Under the pieces are notes generated by a model. It did no database searches, was not told where the DNA came from, and saw nothing but the letters and a program-made list of their open reading frames with translations. 64,000 nt of DNA from a bacterium (lineage in GTDB: Bacteria; Patescibacteriota; Gracilibacteria; UBA4473), in NCBI GenBank assembly GCA_009995455.1, contig JAACPJ010000001.1:150991-214990 (forward strand), in the 5' to 3' direction. Below are positions 28,083 through 36,500 of this stretch, in pieces; positions within the stretch are counted from its first letter, which is position 1, and each line of letters opens with the position of its first letter. Position numbers and translations under genes: made by a program.

Positions 28083-28421
28083 ATGAAAACGCTTGAAGAA
28101 CTAACGCAGCTGCTGATCAAATTTAGAAATGACCGAGATTGGTCTCAATTTCATAATTCCAAAGATCTCGCTTTAGCTCTTTCAATTGAAGCTGCAGAGC
28201 TAAATGAGTTGTTTTTGTGGAAGTCAGAAAAAGAGGCCGAAAATATAAACAAAGTGAGGCTCGGCGAAGAGTTAGCCGATGTTTTGGCTTATGCCTTACT
28301 TTTGGCTGAAAAAAATGATTTAAATATTGAAGAAATTGTGAGAAATAAAATTAATTTGAATGCGGGAAAATACCCCATTCACAAAGCCAAAGGGACTTCT
28401 GAAAAATATACTGAACTATGA
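28083..28421 (+). CDS. MazG-like nucleotide pyrophosphohydrolase (DCTPP1/YpjD-type all-alpha NTP-PPase)
   Basis: 112 aa. FRNDRDWSQFHNSKDLALALSIEAAELNELF and EELADVLAYALLLA carry the EExxE/ExxD metal motifs of this family. Confidence 0.8.
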   Translation: MKTLEELTQLLIKFRNDRDWSQFHNSKDLALALSIEAAELNELFLWKSEKEAENINKVRLGEELADVLAYALLLAEKNDLNIEEIVRNKINLNAGKYPIHKAKGTSEKYTEL

Positions 28422-29980
28422 TAGAAGTAACTACTTTTGATTTTAGGGCTGACACTTTGTTGAAATTAAAAAAATTTCACTACGGAACCGATTGGCCGGC
28501 GGTTTATTTTTTAGAGAACGGCAAGGAAGCTTACATTGGTGAGGCGGTAAATGTGCTTCGTCGTGGTAAGGAGCATTTAAAAAATCCTGATCGGCAGAGG
28601 CTAAAAAAAATTCACATCTTGTCAGACTTTGAGTTTAACAAATCAGCGTCTTTGGATATTGAGTCTTGGTTGATTCAGTACTTATCGGCGGACAACAAAT
28701 TTAAGTTACAAAATGGGAATGGTGGTTTAAAAAATCACAGCTATTTTGATCGTCCAAAATATGAAGCGAAATTTGAGCAATTGTGGGAAGACTTAAGAGT
28801 CGCTGGTTTAGCGCAAAAAACTTTATTAGAACTAAGAAATTCTGACTTGTTTAAATATTCGCCCTACAAAGCTTTAAATGAAGATCAAATAGAGGTAGTG
28901 GGTGTCTTGATGGCAGAAATTAAGGCAAAAAAAATCAGCACGCATTTAGTGCATGGCGGAGCCGGAACCGGTAAAACGATTTTGGCGACGTACTTGATGA
29001 AGCAATTAATTGGGGATCAACATTTGGATTTAAAGATTGCTTTAGTGGTTCCAATGACGTCTTTACGAAAAACGCTAAGGCAAGTTTTTAGAAGTATTGA
29101 AGGTTTAAATTCCAATATGATACTTGGTCCTTCCGATGTATTTAAAGCGGATTACGATTTGTTAATTGTGGATGAAGCGCATCGACTTAAAAAAAGAAGA
29201 AATATTTCTAACTACGGTTCTTTTGATATTAATAATAAAAAATTAGGACTTGATAATAACGGAACGGAGCTTGATTGGATTATGCGAAATTCTAAGCATC
29301 AAATATTTTTTTATGATGAGCATCAATCGGTTAAACCATCTGATATAGGACCAAATAAGTTTAAAGAGTTAGATGCCATTGAGCATAATCTGGCACAACA
29401 AATGCGCGTTAAGGGTGGGGATCAATACATTAATTTCATCCATAGTTTATTTTCTTCACATCCAACCTTATATAAAAATCACGAAGACTATGATGTCCGA
29501 TTCTGTGAAAAGCTCGAACCGATGATTGGTTTAATTAAAGAGAAAGAAAAAGAGCATTCATTGGCTCGTATGGTGGCGGGTTATGCTTGGGATTGGGCGT
29601 CGAAAAAAGATCCAAACGCTCATGACATAGAGTTAGACGGTTTAAAATTAAAATGGAATAGTTGCATAGAAGGCTGGGTGAATTCGAAAAACGCAATAAA
29701 TGAAATTGGGTGTATTCATACGGTTCAGGGATATGACTTAAATTATGTGGGAGTCATTATTGGACCGGAACTTTCTTATGATTTTGAAACGAAAGAATTT
29801 ATTTTTAAACGAAAGCTTTATAAGGACAAAAACGGTCATGTAGGCGTTCGAGATGAGGAAGAGCTAAAAAAATATATCATCAATATTTATAAAACACTTC
29901 TAACCAGAGGAATCCGTGGAACTTATGTGTACGTCGTTGATAAAAATTTAAGAGAATATTTGAGGGATTACTTTTCATAG
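28418..29980 (+). CDS. GIY-YIG nuclease domain fused to a DUF2075 (Schlafen group-III-type SF1 helicase/ATPase) domain
   Basis: N-terminus VYFLENGKEAYIGEAVNVLRRGKEH...SLDIESW is GIY-YIG-like. Walker A GGAGTGKT and Walker B LLIVDEAHRL are present. C-terminal GCIHTVQGYDLNYVGVIIG is typical of DUF2075. The ATGA overlap with the MazG-like gene indicates translational coupling. Confidence 0.7.
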   Translation: MIEVTTFDFRADTLLKLKKFHYGTDWPAVYFLENGKEAYIGEAVNVLRRGKEHLKNPDRQRLKKIHILSDFEFNKSASLDIESWLIQYLSADNKFKLQNGNGGLKNHSYFDRPKYEAKFEQLWEDLRVAGLAQKTLLELRNSDLFKYSPYKALNEDQIEVVGVLMAEIKAKKISTHLVHGGAGTGKTILATYLMKQLIGDQHLDLKIALVVPMTSLRKTLRQVFRSIEGLNSNMILGPSDVFKADYDLLIVDEAHRLKKRRNISNYGSFDINNKKLGLDNNGTELDWIMRNSKHQIFFYDEHQSVKPSDIGPNKFKELDAIEHNLAQQMRVKGGDQYINFIHSLFSSHPTLYKNHEDYDVRFCEKLEPMIGLIKEKEKEHSLARMVAGYAWDWASKKDPNAHDIELDGLKLKWNSCIEGWVNSKNAINEIGCIHTVQGYDLNYVGVIIGPELSYDFETKEFIFKRKLYKDKNGHVGVRDEEELKKYIINIYKTLLTRGIRGTYVYVVDKNLREYLRDYFS

Positions 29981-30130
29981 ATTATATCTTTCCTCACCTT
30001 TCCTCTTGCCATTTTCAAAAAAACCCCTATGGTTGGTTTCCAATAGCGTCGAGTTTTAGCCGGGTTTAATTTAAAAAGTAAATTCCTATCACCATCACTA
30101 GCGGAATTTATTTTTTAACCATTTCAAACT

Positions 30131-30325
30131 ATGAAAGGTACTATCAAAAACGTATTGAACGGATTTGGATTCATTTCTCCAGAAGACGGAGGAAAAGACA
30201 TCTTCTTCCACGCAAACGATCTTGAAGGTGTAACGTTTGATGAACTACAACCAGGTAACGAAGTTACTTACGAAGTTGGTTCTTCTGACAAAGGCCCTAA
30301 AGCCGAACAAGTGGCTCTTGTATAA
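30131..30325 (+). CDS. cold-shock protein (CspA family)
   Basis: 64 aa. RNP1/RNP2-like [17 protein letters not shown]. Confidence 0.9.
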   Translation: MKGTIKNVLNGFGFISPEDGGKDIFFHANDLEGVTFDELQPGNEVTYEVGSSDKGPKAEQVALV

Positions 30326-30350
30326 TTACAATCCACACTTCAAAACTAAA

Positions 30351-30381
30351 AGCCGTTCCCTTGGGAGCGGCTTTTTTTTTG
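30351..30381 (+). terminator. intrinsic terminator of csp
   Basis: GCCGTTCCC...GGGAGCGGC stem followed by T9. Confidence 0.8.
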
Positions 30382-30405
30382 TTTTAAACCTATAATTTTT
30401 GCCTA

Positions 30406-30434
30406 CCCCCTTGTTAAAGGGGGCGAGGGGGATT
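30406..30434. repeat. G5/C5 palindromic repeat element, intergenic copy
   Basis: CCCCCTTGTTAAAGGGGG-CGA-GGGGGATT. Near-identical in design to the copy inside valS at 44145-44176. Confidence 0.6.
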
Positions 30435-30466
30435 GGTCATTAAGCGTTCAACTTTAACGCCATCAC

Positions 30467-30892
30467 TTATTTCAGCGGTTTAATAAAAATAAAACCCAGC
30501 AAGCGTTTAAAACCCGTTTTAAAATAAAACTTATGGGCTTTAGTGCGCCACGGCGACGAGAATAACAAAACATAATCGTGTTTTTGTTTCCGGGCCTTGG
30601 CCTCAATTTTATTCAGAGTTTTACGACCAAAGCCTTTCCCTTGTGCCTCGGGGGAGATGGCCAAATATTTTAAATAAAACCATTTACGTTTAAAAATCAT
30701 CAACGAGGTAAATGCGGCCAGCCCGAGGATTTTAGGCGACTTTTTTTTGTGTTTGATGGCGTAAAACCGGTGTTTCCCTTGAACAAACTTAAAGAGTTTA
30801 AAAATTAACCAAAACCCCAGAAAAGGAAAAAGCACCCAAAAGATTTTGGCGGCCTGTGGGTGTTGTTTTGGTTTTAAAGGTTTTATTTTCAT
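30467..30892 (-). CDS. small GNAT-family acetyltransferase-like protein with hydrophobic N-terminus
   Basis: Motif A LAISPEAQGKGFGRKTLNKIEAKARK. N-terminal FWVLFPFLGFWLIF. Short (141 aa) for a GNAT. Confidence 0.5.
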   Translation of the reverse strand: MKIKPLKPKQHPQAAKIFWVLFPFLGFWLIFKLFKFVQGKHRFYAIKHKKKSPKILGLAAFTSLMIFKRKWFYLKYLAISPEAQGKGFGRKTLNKIEAKARKQKHDYVLLFSSPWRTKAHKFYFKTGFKRLLGFIFIKPLK

Positions 30893-30895
30893 GTT

Positions 30896-30939
30896 GATCC
30901 CGGGATCAGCGAATTCTTAAGGTCTTAGATCCCGGGATC
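30896..30939. promoter_or_regulatory. two identical 12-bp palindromes GATCCCGGGATC, 32 bp centre to centre
   Basis: Copies at 30896-30907 and 30928-30939. The first covers positions -4 to -15 of the GNAT start (the SD position). The second encodes the last codons (DPGI) of rdgB. Confidence 0.4.
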
Positions 30940-31530
30940 TAAGTCGGAAAGAAACTCAGACATTTGTACCGCTGCGCGCCCACGATGTGAAAACTCGGCT
31001 TTGGTGGCTTTGTCCATCGCGCCAAAAACTTCGTCCGCGTCTTCGGGTAAAAACACACTCGAAACGGGAATACCAGCTTCAATCGGGGACTGAGGGAAAT
31101 CAACAATTTCACCCGCACTTTCCCCCAGCACTACTTTTTCGGTGTTATCGGCTGGGTCAAAATAAGCAATCGCGGAATAAAAAGTAGCGTCGCGGTTTTC
31201 TTCATCCCGAATTAAGGCTAAAAACTGGTCAATCCAGTCGTGGTCGTCTTTGGCGTTAATTTCTCGTTTGGTTTTCAGACCAAATTTTTCGGGAAAAGCC
31301 GAGAGTCTTAAACCCGAATCTTCAGCAATCACCGGCGTATTTAGTTTTTTGGCGTAGTACTTCGCCTTTAAAAGCGCATTACTTTCAAACGTGTCACCGG
31401 TTTCTTCGGGTTCTTCAACGCCTGAGAAATCTGCTAAAGTTTTCCAAGTGATGTGTTTTATATTTCCAAAGAACAGCTGCATTTCTCGCGCCTTTCCCTG
31501 GTTTGTAGTGGCCAGAGTAATCGTTTTCAT
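30925..31530 (-). CDS. rdgB: non-canonical purine NTP pyrophosphatase (RdgB/HAM1 family)
   Basis: ITLATTNQGKAREM, EETGDTFESNALLKA, AEDSGL, SHRGRA motifs. Confidence 0.85.
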   Translation of the reverse strand: MKTITLATTNQGKAREMQLFFGNIKHITWKTLADFSGVEEPEETGDTFESNALLKAKYYAKKLNTPVIAEDSGLRLSAFPEKFGLKTKREINAKDDHDWIDQFLALIRDEENRDATFYSAIAYFDPADNTEKVVLGESAGEIVDFPQSPIEAGIPVSSVFLPEDADEVFGAMDKATKAEFSHRGRAAVQMSEFLSDLDPGI

Positions 31531-31850
31531 AATCCGAGTTTTTTTAGTTTCTCGACGGCGTTTACCGATTGATCGGGTTTAAACCGGAGAATAAACGCGC
31601 GCCTTAATTCCAATTTTTGCAGTAACAAATGACCGATCTTTTTTTCCATCCGTTTGAGTTCTTTCAGGTAACTGGCTGGGCCCCCGAGGCTGCGCACAAA
31701 TACATCTACCAGCCCTAAATCGCCCGAGACTTCAATCGCCGTCACGGTTACAAACCCCATTTTATCTGGGTCTATCAGCGGACGCATAATTTCTGGTAAC
31801 AAGTGTTCCATGGTGCCCGCGAGGCGTCGGCTTCGGTCTGACATTTTCAT
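31527..31850 (-). CDS. rbfA: ribosome-binding factor A
   Basis: RRLAGTMEHLLPEIM...VTVTAIEVSGDLGLVDVFV...LRRAFILRF follows the RbfA pattern. The start is taken at MKMSDRS (31850) rather than the track start at 31922. 4-nt overlap with rdgB. Confidence 0.75.
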   Translation of the reverse strand: MKMSDRSRRLAGTMEHLLPEIMRPLIDPDKMGFVTVTAIEVSGDLGLVDVFVRSLGGPASYLKELKRMEKKIGHLLLQKLELRRAFILRFKPDQSVNAVEKLKKLGL

Positions 31851-31953
31851 CAAGTCGATATTAAGCAAAAAAGCTTGGCTGTCACTCACGATATTAAGTT
31901 CTAGTGAATTGTGGTTCGTCATTTGCCCGTTTAGGGGTTATGATGGGCGACGA

Positions 31954-34167
31954 ATGAAATACTGTTTTCTCGATCTTGAAACCACTGGCTTTGAAGCGGC
32001 CAAAGATTCTATTATTGAAGTTTCTTTAGTCGTGGTTGAAGACGGTGTTGAAACCGGCCGCCTCGACCAAGTCATTATCCCTGATAAATCGTTGTTGTCT
32101 GATTTTGTATCGCAGTTAACCGGGATTGATCAAAACGAAATTGATACCAATGGCGTTTATTTTACCGAGGTAAAAGACGAAGTGCAGGCTTTGGTAGCAG
32201 GCACCGTGATTGTGGGGCACAACATTGATTTTGATATTAATTTCTTGAAAGGGAATGGCATTAACCTAGACGATTGTGAGCGCATTGATACGCATGAATT
32301 GGCCCGAATTTTACTGCCAAAAGAGTCAAGTTTTGCGCTGGAAGTGTTAACTAAAAATTACGGTTTTACGCATGAAGACGCCCACCGAGCCATGAGCGAC
32401 GTGTTAGCGTCTAAGGACTTATTTGAGATGTTATTACAAAGAATTGAGGATTTGCCCACTGAATTTTTAGACCGCATCAATGGTTTTTTATGCCACGAAA
32501 CGACTTGGTATGCCCGACATTTATTTTTAGCCGAAACGGGCAGCCCAAAGGCGCAGGCGCGCCCCAAAGACAATGGTTCAGTGACCATTAATCATTCTTT
32601 AAGCCCGAAGGGGGAAAAAGCGTTCGACGCTTTAAACGAACACCACAATGTGTTTATGCGCGTCAGTGATACGCGTCATGCCACCGACACCCAAAGTAGT
32701 TTAGCCCAAAAGCTTTCAATTGCGGGGCAAAAAGTGTGTTTAATTACGCCTAAGCTCAGTTATTTTCCGGATTTCCCGAGTTTGCCAACCCCAGGGGTTT
32801 TGTTTGACGCTTTACGCTGCCCGGCTTTTTTGGCCGCTCGAGACAACCAACTAAACGACGCCGATACAACTTTTTATTTAAAGTGTTTGTATCGTCATTA
32901 TTTAGGCTACCGCGGGTTATGGGATTTTGATTTATTTTTTAAAGAACGCGATTTGTGGAACGAGGTGAATGCCACTTCACTCGAGAGCCCTATTTTTAAG
33001 ACCGTGGCTAAAGAAAAAGCCACTGAACCGGTGCTTACTTGTACCCCAGACGCTTTTGCCCAGTTGCACGCGGAGGCCTGTTTGGCCGACCGAGTGGTAA
33101 TTATTGATGAAGGAGAGTTGTGTGCCGAACAATGGCTGCAAGCGCCCACGAAGCGCTTTAATTTTTATCCGCTGCTGCACAGCGTTGATGATAACACCGC
33201 TCAAGCAACGCAGTTTTTTATTGCCCGGTTTGTGCGTGATTTCTTAGAACCAATTTTAGGAAAAACTATGAGCACATTCCCCGAAAGGTTGTTGCTGAAA
33301 AACGAAGACCAACTGCAACGTTTTGCCGAAGATATTGAAAATCTTTTACCCGAAGAGGATAAAGCCCAGTGGTTAGAGTGGTTAAATCCAAGTGATCCAA
33401 AGTTAGTTCGTTGGGTGGTTTACGCGCCTGAAAGTGGCAATTTGATGTGGCATTCTTGGCATCCAGATGCGTGGCGAGAACTAAAAAGCGCGCTTCATAC
33501 GCGCGCCAAACTGGTGATCGTACGGCACGATATTCACGCCAATGACCGTATTTTTTTCCGGGTCTTTATGGGGGAAATCGAAGGCGAAATCCTCGATTTA
33601 CGAACCGAAACCAAAACGCCAAAACTTGTTATTCCAGACGACGTAGTTTCGCAAACCTCACCCGATTTTAACCCCTATTGTGTGGCTCAAATCGAGCGAG
33701 TTTTTAACAGCGCAAAAGCGAATGTTGCCGCTAATTTCTCGAGCCTTGAAACGCTTCGTTCCAGTTTTGATGCCCTGCAACCAAATATGAGCAATGCCCA
33801 ATTTTTAGCGGCTGAGAAGGTCATGGGGGGAGACGGAAAAATGCTGGAGAAACTGAGTCAGCATCAAGACGATAAAATTTTGTTACTTTTCCAAAAAATC
33901 TTAGATCCAGAGTTAGAGAAATACGAATGGTCTGATTTAGTGGTGCAAAAGTTTCCTTTCGGCGCGCCCGATCCATTGCTCGAGAAAATAGAAGAAAAAA
34001 TGAAAGAAGTGGGTAAAAACTTTTTTGCCGCTTGGGTGATGCCGCGTTTAACCTCGACTTTAAGCCGGAAAGTCGGTCAGTTTCCCAACCTTGAAACGGT
34101 GCACTTTTTAGATCCACGTGAAAACTCACGTTGGGGGAAAGGTGTACTAGATGAAATTTTTAGATAA
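31954..34167 (+). CDS. DnaQ-like 3'-5' exonuclease domain protein with long DinG-like C-terminal region lacking a Walker A motif
   Basis: Exo motifs FLDLETTGF, GHNIDFDINFL, HRAMSDV. A VVIIDEGE (DEAH-like) box lies further downstream, but no GxGKS/T was seen. Start at the ATG at 31954 (MKYCFLDLE); the track start at 31810 overlaps rbfA. Confidence 0.65.
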   Translation: MKYCFLDLETTGFEAAKDSIIEVSLVVVEDGVETGRLDQVIIPDKSLLSDFVSQLTGIDQNEIDTNGVYFTEVKDEVQALVAGTVIVGHNIDFDINFLKGNGINLDDCERIDTHELARILLPKESSFALEVLTKNYGFTHEDAHRAMSDVLASKDLFEMLLQRIEDLPTEFLDRINGFLCHETTWYARHLFLAETGSPKAQARPKDNGSVTINHSLSPKGEKAFDALNEHHNVFMRVSDTRHATDTQSSLAQKLSIAGQKVCLITPKLSYFPDFPSLPTPGVLFDALRCPAFLAARDNQLNDADTTFYLKCLYRHYLGYRGLWDFDLFFKERDLWNEVNATSLESPIFKTVAKEKATEPVLTCTPDAFAQLHAEACLADRVVIIDEGELCAEQWLQAPTKRFNFYPLLHSVDDNTAQATQFFIARFVRDFLEPILGKTMSTFPERLLLKNEDQLQRFAEDIENLLPEEDKAQWLEWLNPSDPKLVRWVVYAPESGNLMWHSWHPDAWRELKSALHTRAKLVIVRHDIHANDRIFFRVFMGEIEGEILDLRTETKTPKLVIPDDVVSQTSPDFNPYCVAQIERVFNSAKANVAANFSSLETLRSSFDALQPNMSNAQFLAAEKVMGGDGKMLEKLSQHQDDKILLLFQKILDPELEKYEWSDLVVQKFPFGAPDPLLEKIEEKMKEVGKNFFAAWVMPRLTSTLSRKVGQFPNLETVHFLDPRENSRWGKGVLDEIFR

Positions 34168-34202
34168 ATTGATTTATTTGGGAAAAATGCTAAAAAGTTG
34201 CT

Positions 34203-35339
34203 ATGTATTTTGGGGCTTTGCAAATGGGGGAAAACGCTGAAGCGCAAGACGCGGCTGCAGAACGTTTGCAATATGGAGATGAGGCGGTGTGGGCTTTCAA
34301 ATATAAAGGGGTATTACCAACGTATCTAAGACAACAGGTTTCAGGCGTTTTAACGCTGCATGATTATACCTTCGCGCGATATCTTGAAGCGGCAGAGGGA
34401 AATCGACGCGTAGCACAGGTTTTATGGGAAGAAAATCTGCGTCGTATTAAGGTGGCTTTACCGGAATACGAAATTACGGGCTTTGCTTTAGACCCAGAAG
34501 GCGAAGAAGTACGAGCGTTTATGCATTACACGCGGCAGAACTTAGCGAAATCTAAATACACGCTGCCCCGTTGGGATGACTGGAATCAAGTGTTTTACGA
34601 GAGTAATGGCGGCCAGTCTGATTTACTGCCAGGCATAGATATCCCGCGAGCTTTAACCAGCCTGACAACCAATTATGACGAGGTAAAAGCTTTGTTCTTA
34701 CAGCACAAAGAGCACATTTTAGAGATTCTTGAAACTGGTAATTTAGTGATTATTAGCAATCATTGTACGTGGCTTAATTTACCTTTGATTGCGGCTTTTT
34801 TACATGAAACTTTAGAGATTCCACTCGATCGAATTAACACCATTTTAGGCGGGGCTTTAACGACGCAGCACGCGGGTTTTGAAGTCGCCAATATGAATAA
34901 TTTATATAAAACCGTGCCCGATACTCCAAACGGGCGGTTAGATACGGTCGCACCGGAGTTGCAAAAAAGTGTGCACCAAAAATTTGGGATGGCTTTTATG
35001 CGCCAGCTGAAGCAAACCGGGCACGTATTTTTGATAAGCCCTGGAGGAACCACCGATAAAGTGACCCCTAAAACCATTGAGTTGCTTGAAGCGTCTGAAG
35101 GGACGAAACATCTGCTAGCGAACCTTGGTAAGAAGCATCATATTTGGCCTATCGCGACGCATTCAGGGGCTTTGTATACGCAGCAAAAAATTAAGCCTGG
35201 CGCTTTACGGTTAACCGAATCGGGTATCATCGAGCCCGGTGGAACCGTAAAGGCTTTAGAAGTGCTTAGACAATCTATCGAGACGCTCAACGTTGATCGA
35301 AAAGTTTTAGTACATCCCGAAGAAGCCTTTGCGAGATAG
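34203..35339 (+). CDS. hypothetical protein (weak acyltransferase-like motifs)
   Basis: 378 aa. ISNHCTWLNLPL loosely resembles the NHxxxxD block, and LISPGGTTDK the FPEGT block, of PlsC-type acyltransferases, but the Asp is not conserved. Confidence 0.45.
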   Translation: MYFGALQMGENAEAQDAAAERLQYGDEAVWAFKYKGVLPTYLRQQVSGVLTLHDYTFARYLEAAEGNRRVAQVLWEENLRRIKVALPEYEITGFALDPEGEEVRAFMHYTRQNLAKSKYTLPRWDDWNQVFYESNGGQSDLLPGIDIPRALTSLTTNYDEVKALFLQHKEHILEILETGNLVIISNHCTWLNLPLIAAFLHETLEIPLDRINTILGGALTTQHAGFEVANMNNLYKTVPDTPNGRLDTVAPELQKSVHQKFGMAFMRQLKQTGHVFLISPGGTTDKVTPKTIELLEASEGTKHLLANLGKKHHIWPIATHSGALYTQQKIKPGALRLTESGIIEPGGTVKALEVLRQSIETLNVDRKVLVHPEEAFAR

Positions 35340-35379
35340 AGCTTGCTGAGTAGACTCATAACCTCTTCAAATTTAAATC

Positions 35380-35823
35380 ATGCAATTGCCAAAATTTTCA
35401 CTCCCAGCTTCTGATGGAAAAACCTATACCGATAAAGATTGGAAAAATAAAAAAGTTGTTTTATACCTTTACCCGAAAGACGCAACGCCGGGTTGTACTT
35501 TAGAAGCCAATGATTTTCAGCAACTTTACAAGGCGTTTCAAACGTCTGAATTTGAAATATTTGGCCTCTCAAAAGATTCTGTCACTTCGCATGAAAAATT
35601 CTGCAGCGCGCAAGAGCTAGAATTCCCTCTGCTTTCAGATGCCGAAGGCACTTTGATCAGCGGCCTTAGCTCATGGATTGAAAAAACTTTGATGGGAAAA
35701 ACTTACATGAGCACTGATCGATCAACGTTCATCCTTGTAAACGGAAAAATCGTGAAAGAATGGCGGGGTGTTAAACCAGCCGGACACGCGGTTGAGGTGC
35801 TGGAGTTTTGTCAGAACTACTAG
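35380..35823 (+). CDS. bcp: thiol peroxidase Bcp (peroxiredoxin)
   Basis: VVLYLYPKDATPGCTLEANDF contains the peroxidatic Cys motif (PxxxTxxC). Confidence 0.85.
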   Translation: MQLPKFSLPASDGKTYTDKDWKNKKVVLYLYPKDATPGCTLEANDFQQLYKAFQTSEFEIFGLSKDSVTSHEKFCSAQELEFPLLSDAEGTLISGLSSWIEKTLMGKTYMSTDRSTFILVNGKIVKEWRGVKPAGHAVEVLEFCQNY

Positions 35824-35884
35824 TTTTAAACAGGCTCAATATGACCCCGGGGTCTGGTAAACTAATTTAGTTTTAGGAGCGAAT

Positions 35885-36415
35885 TTATTTTTTAACGTAT
35901 AAATACAGCGTGGATTTACCCAACTTAACCGTTTTTTTGGGCGTTAATTTTTTGATGGGGAAATCGTAGCTTATTAAGCGAAATCCCGGTTTAAGCGTCG
36001 ACCATTTTTTGGTGTAAATATCGGCCATAATGGTGTCCCACAGGTAACAATAAATCACGTCGGCTTGGCTTAAATCGAGCGTGAAAAAATCTTGGTTTAT
36101 AAATTCGATTGGCTGGTTTTTGGCTTTAAATCGATTGATCCATAAAATGGGTTTTAAAACTTCCACTCCAATGTATTTGGCGTTTGGTTCGGCTTTAGCG
36201 GCCGTAAATAAAAAAGGCGCCCACCCACAACCAAGCTCAAAAACGGTTTGCCCAGGCTTAATTTCCGCGAATTCTAAAGCCTGGTTAATAACGGTTTTAG
36301 ACGTTGAAATTAAAGGCACTTTGTAGCGAAACATGAACACTAACAAATAGGTCCAAAAAACGGTGCCCATTAAAAGAACTACTAACAAAGCTATAAGCAG
36401 AAAATCGATCATCAT
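35885..36415 (-). CDS. class I SAM-dependent methyltransferase with N-terminal TM anchor
   Basis: TM LLIALLVVLLMGTVFWTYLLVFMF. Motif I VFELGCGWAPF. GVEV acidic loop. Confidence 0.5.
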   Translation of the reverse strand: MMIDFLLIALLVVLLMGTVFWTYLLVFMFRYKVPLISTSKTVINQALEFAEIKPGQTVFELGCGWAPFLFTAAKAEPNAKYIGVEVLKPILWINRFKAKNQPIEFINQDFFTLDLSQADVIYCYLWDTIMADIYTKKWSTLKPGFRLISYDFPIKKLTPKKTVKLGKSTLYLYVKK

Positions 36416-36500
36416 TTTAGTATCCAGTACTGATTGGTCTTCGCGGTTGAGCCAAAAGCTCCGCCAAAATTTACGCCTGCGAATTCAAAGACTCCAAAAC

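Larger units (their letters stand above)
26505..30100. mobile_element. decayed element B (older integration displaced by element A); right boundary uncertain
   Basis: Starts with a recombinase remnant abutting the tRNA-like repeat. Cargo (lipoprotein, MazG-like, DUF2075) is AT-rich. No convincing right-hand repeat was found before the csp gene at 30131. Confidence 0.4.

Noticed and set aside
30078-30085. AAATTCCT as the right-hand att repeat of the island
   Set aside because: It matches only 8 nt of the tRNA-flank sequence (19843-19850), and the surrounding bases differ. An 8-mer is expected about once by chance in 64 kb, so the right boundary is left undetermined.
31810-31953. Long N-terminal extension of the exonuclease/DinG-like ORF
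   Set aside because: The extension overlaps the divergent rbfA gene and translates to Arg/Ser/Leu-rich sequence. The canonical exonuclease N-terminus MKYCFLDLETTGF begins at 31954.
35843-35873. GACCCCGGGGTC and AAACTAA-T-TTAGTTT palindromes as members of the GATCCCGGGATC family
   Set aside because: Only the CCCGGG-like core is shared. They lie between convergent genes (bcp and the methyltransferase), where bidirectional terminator-like hairpins are expected. No evidence for a common binding site.
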